Source of the DNA: a virus
Lineage: Duplodnaviria > Caudoviricetes
Length of the DNA: 64,000 nucleotides
IMG/VR virus record: IMGVR_UViG_3300021255_002065
Span: 1-64,000 of that record
Direction: 5' to 3' (one strand)
In this document: piece by piece, positions 10,468 through 20,575 of the stretch
Position numbering within the stretch: the first letter of the stretch is position 1
Layout of the letters: every line of letters begins with the position of its first letter
The notes under the pieces: generated by a model
Told to the model about the DNA's origin: nothing
Seen by the model: only the letters and a program-made list of their open reading frames with translations
The model's database searches: none
Position numbers and translations under genes: made by a program

Positions 10468-11757
10468 TTGTCACAATTAATTTATGATCAACAAGCATTA
10501 ACACAGAACCAGATGTACAAATATGATATGTTTTTACATTCGAGATTAACACAGTATACTGGTGATGGTAGAATACTTGTCACATATTACAATATTAACG
10601 ATCAACAAACCACCACATCATTGGGTATGGAAACACATTATCAGATACTTGGTGTGGATTCTCCATTAAGGTTTAACAAGATCAAACAGTTTGTATTATT
10701 GGGATTCTCACAATTACAACCACAGGATGGACAAGCCTCACAAACCCAAGTTCGTAATTATGAAATCCAAGGTGAAGCTTTCATTATTCCTGGAACGATT
10801 ATGCCAAAAGAGAATGACTTCTTTATTCTCAATAATCTACACATGAATCATTTGATGAGAGTGACACAAGTGCAGCAAGATGGTTTAAACACCGACGGGT
10901 CATACAAAATTAGCTATGCTTTATATACCACAAATCCAACTGAAATAGATGCTTTGGAGAAACAGGTTGTCAAAACATTGCAATTCGATATGCAAACGAT
11001 TGGTGGTGAAGACCTCACACCAGTATTGGGAATTGAAGATTATGAATTGCGATCCAAATTGATTAAGATGATTGATGATATGGTGGAAAATTACAATGCC
11101 AGATTCTATGATCGACAAAACAATTGTTATCTATTACATTTGAATGGACGATGTTTGTTTGATATGTGTGGAAATTATTTCATGGCACGAAATTCCGTCA
11201 TGATTCGAGATAATGCCAACGGTAATATCGTTTTGAATCCAAATAAATGTCGAGACCCACGATTGGAGGATCTATATCAAAAGTCTCCATATAAATGGAT
11301 TGAACGAGATGCTCCATTGTCTTATCTGGACACATTCAAATTTCACACGATAAAGGGAACATCATATGTGGATTCCACATTCTACAACTATGGAACTGAT
11401 GTAGATGTCATGATTCCAAATGACCCATGGTGTCAATCACCAAATTGTGAAAACTATTTCCCTGATCGTGTGATTGAGATATTGGAGAATGAACAAGATA
11501 TTCGTCAATGTGATATCACCATGTGTCGAAAATGTTTGAAACGAGAAACATGCTTTGACAAATCTTATCAATTAAAACGATTTGATTATGTTTCTATTTT
11601 GCATGATTTCGTACATGGTAAATTAACATCTATTCGTAAATTATCCACCTACACAGGAAATCAATTGTTTGATAACACTTATCGACAAGAGATATTCTTG
11701 TGGACACCCATTATCATCTATATTCTCAAACGAGTATTAAAGATGCAAACCGAATAA
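10468..11757 (+). CDS. Putative virion structural protein (429 aa, TTG start)
   Basis: SD GTAGGTG. 'GEAFIIPGTIMPKENDFF...MRVTQV' resembles jumbo-phage head-completion/neck-type proteins; first gene of a structural-looking operon. Confidence 0.5.
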   Translation: MSQLIYDQQALTQNQMYKYDMFLHSRLTQYTGDGRILVTYYNINDQQTTTSLGMETHYQILGVDSPLRFNKIKQFVLLGFSQLQPQDGQASQTQVRNYEIQGEAFIIPGTIMPKENDFFILNNLHMNHLMRVTQVQQDGLNTDGSYKISYALYTTNPTEIDALEKQVVKTLQFDMQTIGGEDLTPVLGIEDYELRSKLIKMIDDMVENYNARFYDRQNNCYLLHLNGRCLFDMCGNYFMARNSVMIRDNANGNIVLNPNKCRDPRLEDLYQKSPYKWIERDAPLSYLDTFKFHTIKGTSYVDSTFYNYGTDVDVMIPNDPWCQSPNCENYFPDRVIEILENEQDIRQCDITMCRKCLKRETCFDKSYQLKRFDYVSILHDFVHGKLTSIRKLSTYTGNQLFDNTYRQEIFLWTPIIIYILKRVLKMQTE

Positions 11758-11773
11758 GAAAGGAGTGATATTT

Positions 11774-13417
11774 GTGATAGAAAAAATATTATACGAGATT
11801 GATCAAATAAACGATACATCATATGAATATCAAATGGAAATGTTTGATACCATGAATGCATTATTTGAAAAAGAATATATGATGATGGAATATGCGGTAG
11901 ATCCAGAATTAACGATACAAGAAGCCGCTGCTGTAGCTGCTCCAAAAGAATCGTTTGGTAATAAGATCATCTCATTTTTAAAGAAAGTATTCGAAGCAAT
12001 CAACCGTGCAATTTCAAAAATGGTAAATGCAATCGTTTCTCTTTTTTCTAAGAACAAAGGAAAGAAAACACCAAATGCAATTGCATCACAAATTGTCGGA
12101 ACAGTGAAACCAACTGCTGCTCCTAAAGTCACAAACAATCCGAATATTAGCACAAGTGTGAAAAGTGGTATTCGTACATTCACGATCAAGCTTCCAACGA
12201 ACAAGAGATCCACGGTGAAAGTTCCGCCACTTAACATTCCTCAATCTGATATTGAAGTCATCTTCCAAGGGGATAATCAGATCATCTTCCGGAGAGAAGG
12301 TAAAGATACATGGGGTTCTCCAATATTTCAAAATGTTTCAGATGAAGATAGAAGGATCATAGATCGAGAACCAAAGAAAGCAAATTCTGTACAAAGTGCA
12401 GTTGTGTCTTTGAAGTTGATCTGTAATCGACAAGACCAAGATCAATTCTTTAAGTATCTTGAACAAGTTGTGAACTCATTAAATATGTACAGTGGAAGTC
12501 GTAAGCTGTCCGGTGATTCCAATTACCAGTTCAGAAAGGCCATGGATTCACTTCATAGTATTTGTAAAGGTGGTACTTCCCGGATATCAAATCCAGATAC
12601 AAAGGAATTCAAAACTTCAATTAATGAAATCAAAGAATTCCAAAAAAGATTTGCAAGACTGCATGAACAATTCTTGAAAGTGTTCGATGCAGATATCGAT
12701 TTCAGTAAGAATACAGATATCGTCCGTGATTTAACAGATATCGGTGATGATTTAGCAGTTCTCCAAATGAGTTTGAACACTGTTACGAATCAGATTGTAC
12801 AACAACAATGTTTGAATCCGAGATATTGGAAAACGATTCAAGATCCACGTTTGTTGGCGAAGTTCACAAAAGCATGTATTGATTCTGGTATACCATATAA
12901 ATTTGTCATGTATAATGTATGGCTTGTATCAGATGATGATTTGCATGGTGGTTTGAACGATTATGCCCCGGTATGGGGACAATCCAGAGGTGTATTCTTC
13001 CCTCTACGCGACCAAGATATTATTTATAAAATTGCATTATCCGGATGGGGCATTACTTCAAATAAAACAGAAGCTGATATTACAAAGATGCTTAGTAATA
13101 CCGGTGATCCCGATGACATTAAAATCATACCAAAGGTGTTGGATTCTTATGAGGAGTATACTTTATTGAAGATGGAACGAATCCGACCAGCAAGGGTTCC
13201 ATCATCGTCATCTTCTTCATCTTCATCATCGGCAGTTTCCGTTAGTGTATCTGAACTCAGAGAAAGATTTGAACAAGCACTTGATAGATATAATAGTAGA
13301 CATCATAAGAATGTCAGAATCGCAATCACAGATTTACATTCTGCAAATGTTGCATATGATGAAAAACGTAAAGGTCCGGTCATTGTTGACTATGGCTGGG
13401 GTGAGCGTTATAGATAA
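11774..13417 (+). CDS. Protein with an internal-head-protein-like N-terminus and a C-terminal protein-kinase-like domain
   Basis: GQSRGVF, IYKIA, NKTE, MERI, DLHSANV and VDYG occur in kinase-fold order. The GTG at 11774 is well spaced from the SD AGAAAGGAG. Confidence 0.7.
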   Translation: MIEKILYEIDQINDTSYEYQMEMFDTMNALFEKEYMMMEYAVDPELTIQEAAAVAAPKESFGNKIISFLKKVFEAINRAISKMVNAIVSLFSKNKGKKTPNAIASQIVGTVKPTAAPKVTNNPNISTSVKSGIRTFTIKLPTNKRSTVKVPPLNIPQSDIEVIFQGDNQIIFRREGKDTWGSPIFQNVSDEDRRIIDREPKKANSVQSAVVSLKLICNRQDQDQFFKYLEQVVNSLNMYSGSRKLSGDSNYQFRKAMDSLHSICKGGTSRISNPDTKEFKTSINEIKEFQKRFARLHEQFLKVFDADIDFSKNTDIVRDLTDIGDDLAVLQMSLNTVTNQIVQQQCLNPRYWKTIQDPRLLAKFTKACIDSGIPYKFVMYNVWLVSDDDLHGGLNDYAPVWGQSRGVFFPLRDQDIIYKIALSGWGITSNKTEADITKMLSNTGDPDDIKIIPKVLDSYEEYTLLKMERIRPARVPSSSSSSSSSSAVSVSVSELRERFEQALDRYNSRHHKNVRIAITDLHSANVAYDEKRKGPVIVDYGWGERYR

Positions 13418-13442
13418 TTCATAATAAAATAAGAAAGGAAGA

Positions 13443-15293
13443 ATGAGTTTTATGGCAACTTATCGAGATCTATTTTACAGAGAGCCTTATCCTCCGATGG
13501 GACCTCCATATGATCATAGACTAGATCCTATGACAAATTATTGTACGGGAATCAAACCCCTTCCACCTCCTCCTTATCCATATATTGATCCTTGTGTACA
13601 AGACACATATGGACATCATTGTTATCATGAAATGAAGGGATTCCCATTCCCACAAGAATTCCCAATCAATGGACCAATGCATGGTTCTGCATTCATGTTA
13701 CTGAATTACAATCCATATCTGTATGATAATACACATGTGAAGTATGGTAATTTGCTGAATATGGCAGAATCTGTTGTGACAAGAGTATCCAGAAGAACAG
13801 ATCCTTCTTGTATCGATCTCTTTGGTACATTCGATCTCACCAAGGGAGTCAAGAAGAATACCATCATGTCAGATTATCTGTGTAAATGCATTTCCCAGAA
13901 AGCAGAAGAAATGCATAATTACTTCAATATTATCCAAGCTCCGCTATTGTTCAGATTATACTTCTCCGTGTATGATGAACAGAATGCCGTTGTATATACG
14001 AATACTGCAACAGCAACTACACCTGACTTATGTTTCCACTTTACCGATATCCGTGATTTCTATGTGGAATCTATGAAGTCTATCTTTATGACCAATATTC
14101 CAGCAATGGATTATTCTGGTATCTACAGATTGCATCTGAATAAACTGGAAGTATATGGTACATGTATCAATACTTACGATCATATTGTCGATGCTAATCC
14201 ATATTATGCATTTACAGATAATAATGAAAAGATTGTATTGCAACATGATACCATTGGAAATACATTGGCTGATCAATCCATTTTGATTGCATCTACACCG
14301 ATTGAGCAATCCATTCCATTCCAAGCAAATTTGACAACAAGACTGAAGCTAAACTTTACTGCATTTATGTCTGATTTGATTGCGGTTCCCAACACAGCTC
14401 CAGTATACAATGCAATGTATGAACCAACTGAGAATGTGATTGCTGAATTGAAGTCTACGGTGAATGCAATGCAAGAAACGATTACCACAATTCAAGCTGA
14501 CATTCTCCAGATGAAAGATACAATCAATGAACTCAGAACTGTTGTCAATACCAATATCCTCAATATCGAGAAGAATGCAAATGATATTACAGAATTGAAA
14601 GCAACTGTTGCTTCTGATAATACTGAATTGGATCTCCGTCTCACGTCTCTCGAAACACGTGTATCCAGATTGGAAGCAATTCCGTTGGCAACCTTGTCTT
14701 ATGCAAAGGATACTGAATTCGTTAAGGGTCAACTTACATGGAATAAGTGGGGTCAATTATATCAAGTGACCAAGGGCTTCAAGGCAAGTGGTAACTTGAC
14801 AACTGACGTTTCACTGGGTTATCTCGTACCGTTGGCTGTAGATGGTGATGTAGAGACGATGTCTGTTGAAAATCGTATCCAGAACAATACAAATGCAATT
14901 GATGAGTTGATTGCATTGACAACAACTCACACATCTGATATTTCCACATTGAGAACGGATCTTACCACAGCACAAAGTGACATTACGACAATCCAGACAA
15001 ATGTGGAAACAGCAACAACCAATGCTTCTACTGCATTAGAAACTGCAAATACCGCATCTTCTACTGTAGAAACATTGAACACAACAGTCGATACGCTCAG
15101 CTCCACCGTAGAATCGTTGAATACACAAGTAGGAACACTTGATACAACAATCAATGGTAATACAGACACTGGAACAACTGGTATTGTGGGAGAGATTACA
15201 ACGATTAATACAACACTTGAAAGCAAAGCAGATGCATCTGATGTAACAGCATTAGAAGCAAGAGTAGAAGCTTTAGAAAATCCAAATCCGTAA
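13443..15293 (+). CDS. Fibre/whisker-like protein with Pro-rich N-terminus and long coiled coils
   Basis: Heptad Thr/Leu/Val pattern in the C-terminal third, ending KADASDVTALEARVEALE. Confidence 0.6.
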   Translation: MSFMATYRDLFYREPYPPMGPPYDHRLDPMTNYCTGIKPLPPPPYPYIDPCVQDTYGHHCYHEMKGFPFPQEFPINGPMHGSAFMLLNYNPYLYDNTHVKYGNLLNMAESVVTRVSRRTDPSCIDLFGTFDLTKGVKKNTIMSDYLCKCISQKAEEMHNYFNIIQAPLLFRLYFSVYDEQNAVVYTNTATATTPDLCFHFTDIRDFYVESMKSIFMTNIPAMDYSGIYRLHLNKLEVYGTCINTYDHIVDANPYYAFTDNNEKIVLQHDTIGNTLADQSILIASTPIEQSIPFQANLTTRLKLNFTAFMSDLIAVPNTAPVYNAMYEPTENVIAELKSTVNAMQETITTIQADILQMKDTINELRTVVNTNILNIEKNANDITELKATVASDNTELDLRLTSLETRVSRLEAIPLATLSYAKDTEFVKGQLTWNKWGQLYQVTKGFKASGNLTTDVSLGYLVPLAVDGDVETMSVENRIQNNTNAIDELIALTTTHTSDISTLRTDLTTAQSDITTIQTNVETATTNASTALETANTASSTVETLNTTVDTLSSTVESLNTQVGTLDTTINGNTDTGTTGIVGEITTINTTLESKADASDVTALEARVEALENPNP

Positions 15294-15302
15294 CATAATA
15301 TG

Positions 15303-15324
15303 GTGCGGGGGATATCCCCCGCAC
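15303..15324. repeat. Perfect palindrome, ATAT-centred family
   Basis: GTGCGGGGGATATCCCCCGCAC. Confidence 0.9.
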
Positions 15325-15355
15325 ACTTTAATCTTTCATGAAAGAAGTTGATATC

Positions 15356-15574
15356 ATGGCAACTGAATTTAATCCATCGAATGAAAATCGTCCCGTGACA
15401 TTCAACCTCCCAGATGATGATCAAGTAAAATTGATTTCGTGGGGATATGTTTTGGAACGTTTACAAGCTAACTTGAAAACAACATTGGAATATTTATCAT
15501 CCACAAACACGTATCTATCCAATATCGACACTAGGTTACAATACTGGATAGATCAACAAGAACAAGGGAGTTGA
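15356..15574 (+). CDS. Small hypothetical protein
   Basis: ORF within a co-oriented operon; start site uncertain. Confidence 0.65.
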   Translation: MATEFNPSNENRPVTFNLPDDDQVKLISWGYVLERLQANLKTTLEYLSSTNTYLSNIDTRLQYWIDQQEQGS

Positions 15575-15578
15575 TCAT

Positions 15579-15992
15579 ATGGCAGTACAAGGAGATTCCG
15601 TATTTGAACAATTGGAAACAATTATCAAAACACAATCTGAATTGATTCAATCCATTTCCAAAAAACTACAACAGATTGAATCTATCGGTGGTGGAGGTGG
15701 TGGAGGTAATGCAACCATTTCTGATTATGAATCTAACAAAGATTATGAAAGAAATACATTAGTGGTTGATGTAAATACAGAAACAGTATATCGTGTATTG
15801 AAAGCTTATAAATCCAAAACAGTAGAGCAGGATTGTATTGATGGAAATCTGAAACTTGTTGGATTTGAATCTCAAATTGTTACCTTTAATGGTAATCCCA
15901 CACAATCACAAATCAATGTACTTCCAGAAGATACATTGGTTGCGATTTATTCTGCTTCCGATGCACCATATCAACCAAATTCATTAGAATAA
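15579..15992 (+). CDS. Hypothetical protein (137 aa) with a poly-Gly linker, possibly virion-associated
   Basis: Short coiled coil, GGGGGGG linker and a small beta domain. Confidence 0.7.
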   Translation: MAVQGDSVFEQLETIIKTQSELIQSISKKLQQIESIGGGGGGGNATISDYESNKDYERNTLVVDVNTETVYRVLKAYKSKTVEQDCIDGNLKLVGFESQIVTFNGNPTQSQINVLPEDTLVAIYSASDAPYQPNSLE

Positions 15993-16006
15993 AGAGGTGA
16001 ACATAT

Positions 16007-16336
16007 ATGGCATTAGTTGATATTTATGCACGTCATGCTGATGATGGACATGCGTGGATTCCAAAACCGATCAACAAACAAGGTCCATTATTAAATTATG
16101 ATGCTACATTAGAAGAAGTTTATGAGTTATTAACAATCTACCCACAAGTATGGATTTATGATTCTGCCACTAAAAAGGTGATTCATCTTTCGAATTTATC
16201 CGAGTATTTCCCTGACTATGATCCTGGTAGCGGTAAGGGTAATTCTGCAAAAGATATCTCATACAATAACACGTCATTTCAAGATTTGGCCAATGTGAAA
16301 CTAGCGTTAGATTATATCTTAGCTAATTTGTCTTGA
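16007..16336 (+). CDS. Hypothetical protein, probable paralog of 16991-17410
   Basis: SD AGAGGTG; shared pattern V.IY...P...Y...L...LL...D..T...I...L. Confidence 0.7.
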   Translation: MALVDIYARHADDGHAWIPKPINKQGPLLNYDATLEEVYELLTIYPQVWIYDSATKKVIHLSNLSEYFPDYDPGSGKGNSAKDISYNNTSFQDLANVKLALDYILANLS

Positions 16337-16388
16337 AATATATGAAATAAACAACTTCATAAAATTTATATGAAAGGCGGTTTTCATT

Positions 16389-16961
16389 ATGGAAAACACA
16401 ACAAAAACAACAGTTGCAGAAACCCCGGCAACTGATACAAAGGTTGCAACTGCTGTAGTTGCTTCTTCTAATAAGAAAGTTGGTATTTCTTCTCCGTGGA
16501 TTGAAACCTATAAGAAGATTAAGGCTCTCTTTGAAACAGATGAGGAACTTGAAATCACCGATTGCCAGCAGTTGATCGGAGCACACAATTATGCATTCTC
16601 TATCGGTTCTCGTAATACAGCAAAGCTGAAAGCAATCGAAAAGATCCTGAAGAGCGAATATGTATTTGGTAATATCAAGCTATTCGTTAACTTCGAATAT
16701 CAGGAAAATATGGAAGCTATCACAGATATGGATTACAAGACCGCATTCACTGGAAATGAGGTTCTTTCCGACATTCAGGTTTCTGCCAACCCGATTATTG
16801 GTGGTACAACATTTGTATTGTTTGCACCCGAAGTCATCCAGTTCTTCAATGATGACCTTGGTGACTACTACGGCAACTTCAATGGTCTTGCAGAAGACAT
16901 TGCCAGAGAAATCTTCAAAGAACAGTCAAATGTTAAGTTTTGCACCGATGTTTATCGGTAA
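16389..16961 (+). CDS. Hypothetical phage protein (190 aa)
   Basis: SD GAAAGGCGG and clean ORF; 'SSPW...EVIQFFNDDLGDYYG' looks like a conserved family. Confidence 0.8.
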   Translation: MENTTKTTVAETPATDTKVATAVVASSNKKVGISSPWIETYKKIKALFETDEELEITDCQQLIGAHNYAFSIGSRNTAKLKAIEKILKSEYVFGNIKLFVNFEYQENMEAITDMDYKTAFTGNEVLSDIQVSANPIIGGTTFVLFAPEVIQFFNDDLGDYYGNFNGLAEDIAREIFKEQSNVKFCTDVYR

Positions 16962-16990
16962 TTTTAAAAATAAGAAAGGATATGATGATA

Positions 16991-17410
16991 ATGAAAATCA
17001 CAGTAAACATTTACGACATAGACAAAAAGAGAGATTTTATCTTTGATCATGAACAGAATCTAGCAACTCCTTATGAGGGATATGAAACAGATCTGGATGG
17101 TTTGAAACATCTCCTTGCTCATAAAGAGCTCAGAGTATTTGATGCAACAACAAATACATTGATTACTGAAAAAGGTTTGGATAAATTCCTTGCTGAAAGA
17201 TCTGCAAACTCTGCACAGACAGCTGTTCGTGGTAAAATCAGTGAAACACTGACTGCTGGAAACATTGGTGATGATCCCGTTACAATCGTTGAAGGTGAAG
17301 GCGATGATGCAACAGAAACCGAATACAAGCCGGTAGACGGCGACATCTTCATCGATGGTGGAAACAATGTCATTCTTGCATATGGTGGAAAGTATTATAA
17401 GATTGGCTAA
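16991..17410 (+). CDS. Hypothetical protein, probable paralog of 16007-16336
   Basis: SD AAGAAAGGA; N-terminal similarity to 16007-16336. Confidence 0.75.
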   Translation: MKITVNIYDIDKKRDFIFDHEQNLATPYEGYETDLDGLKHLLAHKELRVFDATTNTLITEKGLDKFLAERSANSAQTAVRGKISETLTAGNIGDDPVTIVEGEGDDATETEYKPVDGDIFIDGGNNVILAYGGKYYKIG

Positions 17411-17435
17411 TTCATAAAATGAATCATGTATATGA

Positions 17436-17457
17436 GGAGCCCCCATATGGGGGCTCC
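17436..17457. repeat. Perfect palindrome, ATAT-centred family, between convergent genes
   Basis: GGAGCCCCCATATGGGGGCTCC. Confidence 0.9.
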
Positions 17458-17469
17458 ATCGTATTATGA

Positions 17470-18012
17470 TTATTTAGCTTGATGTGACTCATTGTATTTA
17501 TCAACACCACGAAGAAATGCATCCACGTTTGGATTAAACCGAATATGCCATTCTTTGTTATCATTCTCACCGTCATAAAGAGTGAATGCATCAGCAAAGT
17601 TCTTTGTGTCAGTCTTGTCGACTATTTCGAGCTCCACTGAGTTATCCAATTCCGGAATATTTGTATACAGTAAATCGCGAGCAACACATGGATGATGTTT
17701 GTGTTCTTTTGGGTTATATCCCTCGGGATATGTGGCACCGATGTTGATTAACATACGATGTGTATCTTTGTACTTGCGGACAATTTCAATTTGTTCTGGG
17801 TTGGACATCCACATCATAGGAATTACGATAACATCTGCTTCGTCGATATTTTCAGCAGGTTCAATTGTACATGCATCCCAATAGATACCAGGGACGATAC
17901 CACTAATAAACAGGTCATATTCCAGCTGATTAATCTCCTGCAATATTTTAACACCGTTCGTGGGATTGTCAATGATGTACACAGATACAATTCCATCTTT
18001 AAATTCAGTCAT
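17470..18012 (-). CDS. Hypothetical protein
   Basis: SD GGAGGT before MTEFK. Confidence 0.75.
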   Translation of the reverse strand: MTEFKDGIVSVYIIDNPTNGVKILQEINQLEYDLFISGIVPGIYWDACTIEPAENIDEADVIVIPMMWMSNPEQIEIVRKYKDTHRMLINIGATYPEGYNPKEHKHHPCVARDLLYTNIPELDNSVELEIVDKTDTKNFADAFTLYDGENDNKEWHIRFNPNVDAFLRGVDKYNESHQAK

Positions 18013-18094
18013 GGTTATTACCTCCAATATATTTTTTCATTATGTTTGTTCTTTATTTGTATTAATTTCCATAAAATACTTCCTTAGATACAAG

Positions 18095-18127
18095 AAAAAA
18101 GATACCGAAGTGGAACGGTATCTTTTT
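18095..18127 (-). terminator. Intrinsic terminator
   Basis: A6-GATACCG-aagtggaa-CGGTATC-T5. Confidence 0.75.
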
Positions 18128-18377
18128 ATTCTTTATAATGTTTCAAGCATTCTGTCAGGAAAGCAACAGCTTGCTCATCACAAAATGTGTGTGCCCGATT
18201 CAATTCATATTGTACCATTTCCTTATCAAAAGATGATACGATGGAATCATAATCAGTTCCATCATTTTGAATACATGAGACAATTGCATAATATGCCTCA
18301 TTTTGTTTTTCATCATTTTCATCTTTAAACGTGTTTGGATGATTAATAATTTCATCAATAGGGTCGTATGTTTTCAT
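18126..18377 (-). CDS. Small hypothetical protein (83 aa)
   Basis: SD AGGAGG; flanked by terminators. Confidence 0.75.
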   Translation of the reverse strand: MKTYDPIDEIINHPNTFKDENDEKQNEAYYAIVSCIQNDGTDYDSIVSSFDKEMVQYELNRAHTFCDEQAVAFLTECLKHYKE

Positions 18378-18396
18378 AAAATAACCTCCTTAATAC

Positions 18397-18427
18397 AAAA
18401 AAGACGTGGAGTGGAACACGTCTTTTT
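18397..18427 (-). terminator. Intrinsic terminator
   Basis: A6-GACGTG-gagtggaa-CACGTC-T5. Confidence 0.75.
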
Positions 18428-18433
18428 CATTGA

Positions 18434-19000
18434 TTAGTTGAAATACTTCTGGTAATTCTCGATACCATTTGCATACTGGTCAAGCCATTCTCTGCGATGC
18501 GTGTACTGTTTGAATGGGTCATCGAAGACATATTCGCCAGTTTTCGGATTCATCTCATATTCCTTGAACAACCAGCGTAGATAGATGTACTTTGCTGTTT
18601 CGCCATCATAATATTCCATCAGTCTGTTAATGGCGAATATGTCTGCATACTTTTCATCATGAAGTTTATCTGTCTTTGGATTCGTCAAATCGACATGACC
18701 ACATTCGTGCCATAATGCAAACTCCAGTTCTCCAATTGGAAGTCCTGCGAAATCGCTGGGTCTCATACACATTATCCGTTCTTTCGTGAAGATTCTGCTG
18801 ATGATGAATGTTTTGTTTCGGCCTTTGATGCTCTTGAATAATACCTCATTTTCAATTGGTATCGTCTTGTCTATCTCAGGAACTTCGTAAACCGGAATCT
18901 TTTTATCACGGCAGAACGCTTCTATTCTGCTGTCGATATTCTTCGGGAAAGTATATTTGACAGCACCGATATCAGAAAGGTCTTGTTTGAGAGATTTCAT
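18434..19000 (-). CDS. HExxH metallopeptidase-like protein, paralog of 7117-7578
   Basis: LWHECGH...DEKYADIFA and C-terminal YTHRREWL (versus YSHRQKWL); SD GAAAGGAG. Confidence 0.65.
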   Translation of the reverse strand: MKSLKQDLSDIGAVKYTFPKNIDSRIEAFCRDKKIPVYEVPEIDKTIPIENEVLFKSIKGRNKTFIISRIFTKERIMCMRPSDFAGLPIGELEFALWHECGHVDLTNPKTDKLHDEKYADIFAINRLMEYYDGETAKYIYLRWLFKEYEMNPKTGEYVFDDPFKQYTHRREWLDQYANGIENYQKYFN

Positions 19001-19028
19001 ACTAATCACTCCTTTCTGTATATTAATT

Positions 19029-19060
19029 TGATATCCAAGTATCATATTAATTATATATAT
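19029..19060 (-). promoter_or_regulatory. Putative phage promoter motif plus hairpin (copy 3)
   Basis: ATATATATAATTAATATGA then TGATA-cttgga-TATCA. Confidence 0.6.
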
Positions 19061-19125
19061 TTGAAGTGATAGAATACTCGATTCACAAAAAAGTAAACAT
19101 TTCTTTTTAGAAAGGAGAAATCGTT

Positions 19126-20565
19126 ATGGCAGTCATTTCATATGCATACAATGACAAAACACAATTGTCCAAACATTTCAATGTACAAGAGTTTCGTTGT
19201 AAGTGTGGAAAGACACATGATATTCTGATATCACAAGAATTGGTATATCAGTTGGAACGTTTATTTTCAACACTTGATTGCTCCAAGATCATTGTATCGT
19301 CTGGACATCGTTGTTCTGAGCATGACAAGAAGATTGGTAATTCCGGTGTGGGTCAGCACATTCTTGGAAAAGCCGCCGATGTGTATTGTTATGACCGGAA
19401 CAACAAAGCAATCTCCACCAAGATTGTATCTTGTGTTGCCCAAGATCTTGGATTTGGTGGAATTGCAAACATTAATTCTGCATATACTTGGATTCATTTG
19501 GATGTTCGTACTTCTAATATCTACATGGGTAATGAAGTCATCAATTATAAGACACTCACAAATGATTTCTATAAGTATTATGGATTAACCAAAGAAGAAG
19601 TATATGGAGAAAAATATAAACCATCTATAACAACAGAAATTACGAAAGGAGATCATAATATGAGCACACAATTAAAAGGTGTGGATTTATCTGTTCACAA
19701 TGGAACTGTTGATTTTGCAACATTATCCAAAAACGTAGATTATGCAATTATCAGAGCAGGTTATGGGAAACTTGCATCCCAGAAAGATAAGAAGTTTGAA
19801 GAATACTATGCTGGATGTAAGAAGTATGGTATTCCAGTTGGATGTTATTGGTATTCTTATGCAACATCTGTATCTGAAGTAAAACAAGAAGCACAAGTAT
19901 TCCTGAATGTAATCAAAGGAAAACAGTTTGAATATCCTGTTTACTTTGACTTTGAAGAAAAGAGTGCCTTTAATACAGGTAAATCTAATTGTTCTGCAAT
20001 GGTTCGTGCATTTTGTGATACGGTAGAACAATCTGGATATTATGTTGGTATCTATATGAGCAGAAGTCCGTTTAATTCTTACATGGAATCTGATATCAAA
20101 GATAAATACACATTGTGGTTGGCGGAATACAATTCCAGATTGAATTATAATGGTCATGCTGACATGTGGCAGTATACTTCTACTGGAAGAATCGGTGGCG
20201 TGAATGGTAACGTGGATATGAACTGGTGTTACACAGATTTCCCGTCTAAGATTAAAGCAGCTGGATTGAATGGATTCCCGAAAGGTAGTACACCAACACC
20301 TCAGCCAACTCCCACAAAATCTGTAGAAGAAATTGCAAAAGAAGTATTAGCTGGTCAATGGGGTAATGGAGACGAGAGAAAAAAACGTTTGGCAGAAGCT
20401 GGTTACGACTATGCTGCTGTACAGAAAGCAGTTAATGCATTACTGAATCAGAATGACAATACCACAATCGAACCAGTAGCACAGAAAACTGACGAGAAAA
20501 AACAAATTAAAGTGACGATCGATTTTGAAGATCATCAATATTCTGGACTCTTGGAAGAAATGTAA
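19126..20565 (+). CDS. Modular endolysin: peptidase M15 + GH25 muramidase + Cpl-7 (CW_7) cell-wall-binding repeat
   Basis: M15: HFNVQEFRCKCG, SGHRC, QHILGKAAD, WIHLDVR. GH25: GVDLSVHNG, DFE, WQYTSTG, VDMN. CW_7: EEIAKEVLAGQWGNGDERKKRLAEAGYDYAAVQ. Confidence 0.92.
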   Translation: MAVISYAYNDKTQLSKHFNVQEFRCKCGKTHDILISQELVYQLERLFSTLDCSKIIVSSGHRCSEHDKKIGNSGVGQHILGKAADVYCYDRNNKAISTKIVSCVAQDLGFGGIANINSAYTWIHLDVRTSNIYMGNEVINYKTLTNDFYKYYGLTKEEVYGEKYKPSITTEITKGDHNMSTQLKGVDLSVHNGTVDFATLSKNVDYAIIRAGYGKLASQKDKKFEEYYAGCKKYGIPVGCYWYSYATSVSEVKQEAQVFLNVIKGKQFEYPVYFDFEEKSAFNTGKSNCSAMVRAFCDTVEQSGYYVGIYMSRSPFNSYMESDIKDKYTLWLAEYNSRLNYNGHADMWQYTSTGRIGGVNGNVDMNWCYTDFPSKIKAAGLNGFPKGSTPTPQPTPTKSVEEIAKEVLAGQWGNGDERKKRLAEAGYDYAAVQKAVNALLNQNDNTTIEPVAQKTDEKKQIKVTIDFEDHQYSGLLEEM

Positions 20566-20575
20566 ACAATACAAG

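Noticed and set aside
13198-13232. TCA/TCT repeat as a phase-variable microsatellite
   Set aside because: Mixed Ser codons in an in-frame linker; length changes would not shift the frame.
16350-16362. AR9-like late promoter AACA-N6-TA (also near 39333)
   Set aside because: Too short to be significant in AT-rich DNA and not found consistently before structural genes.
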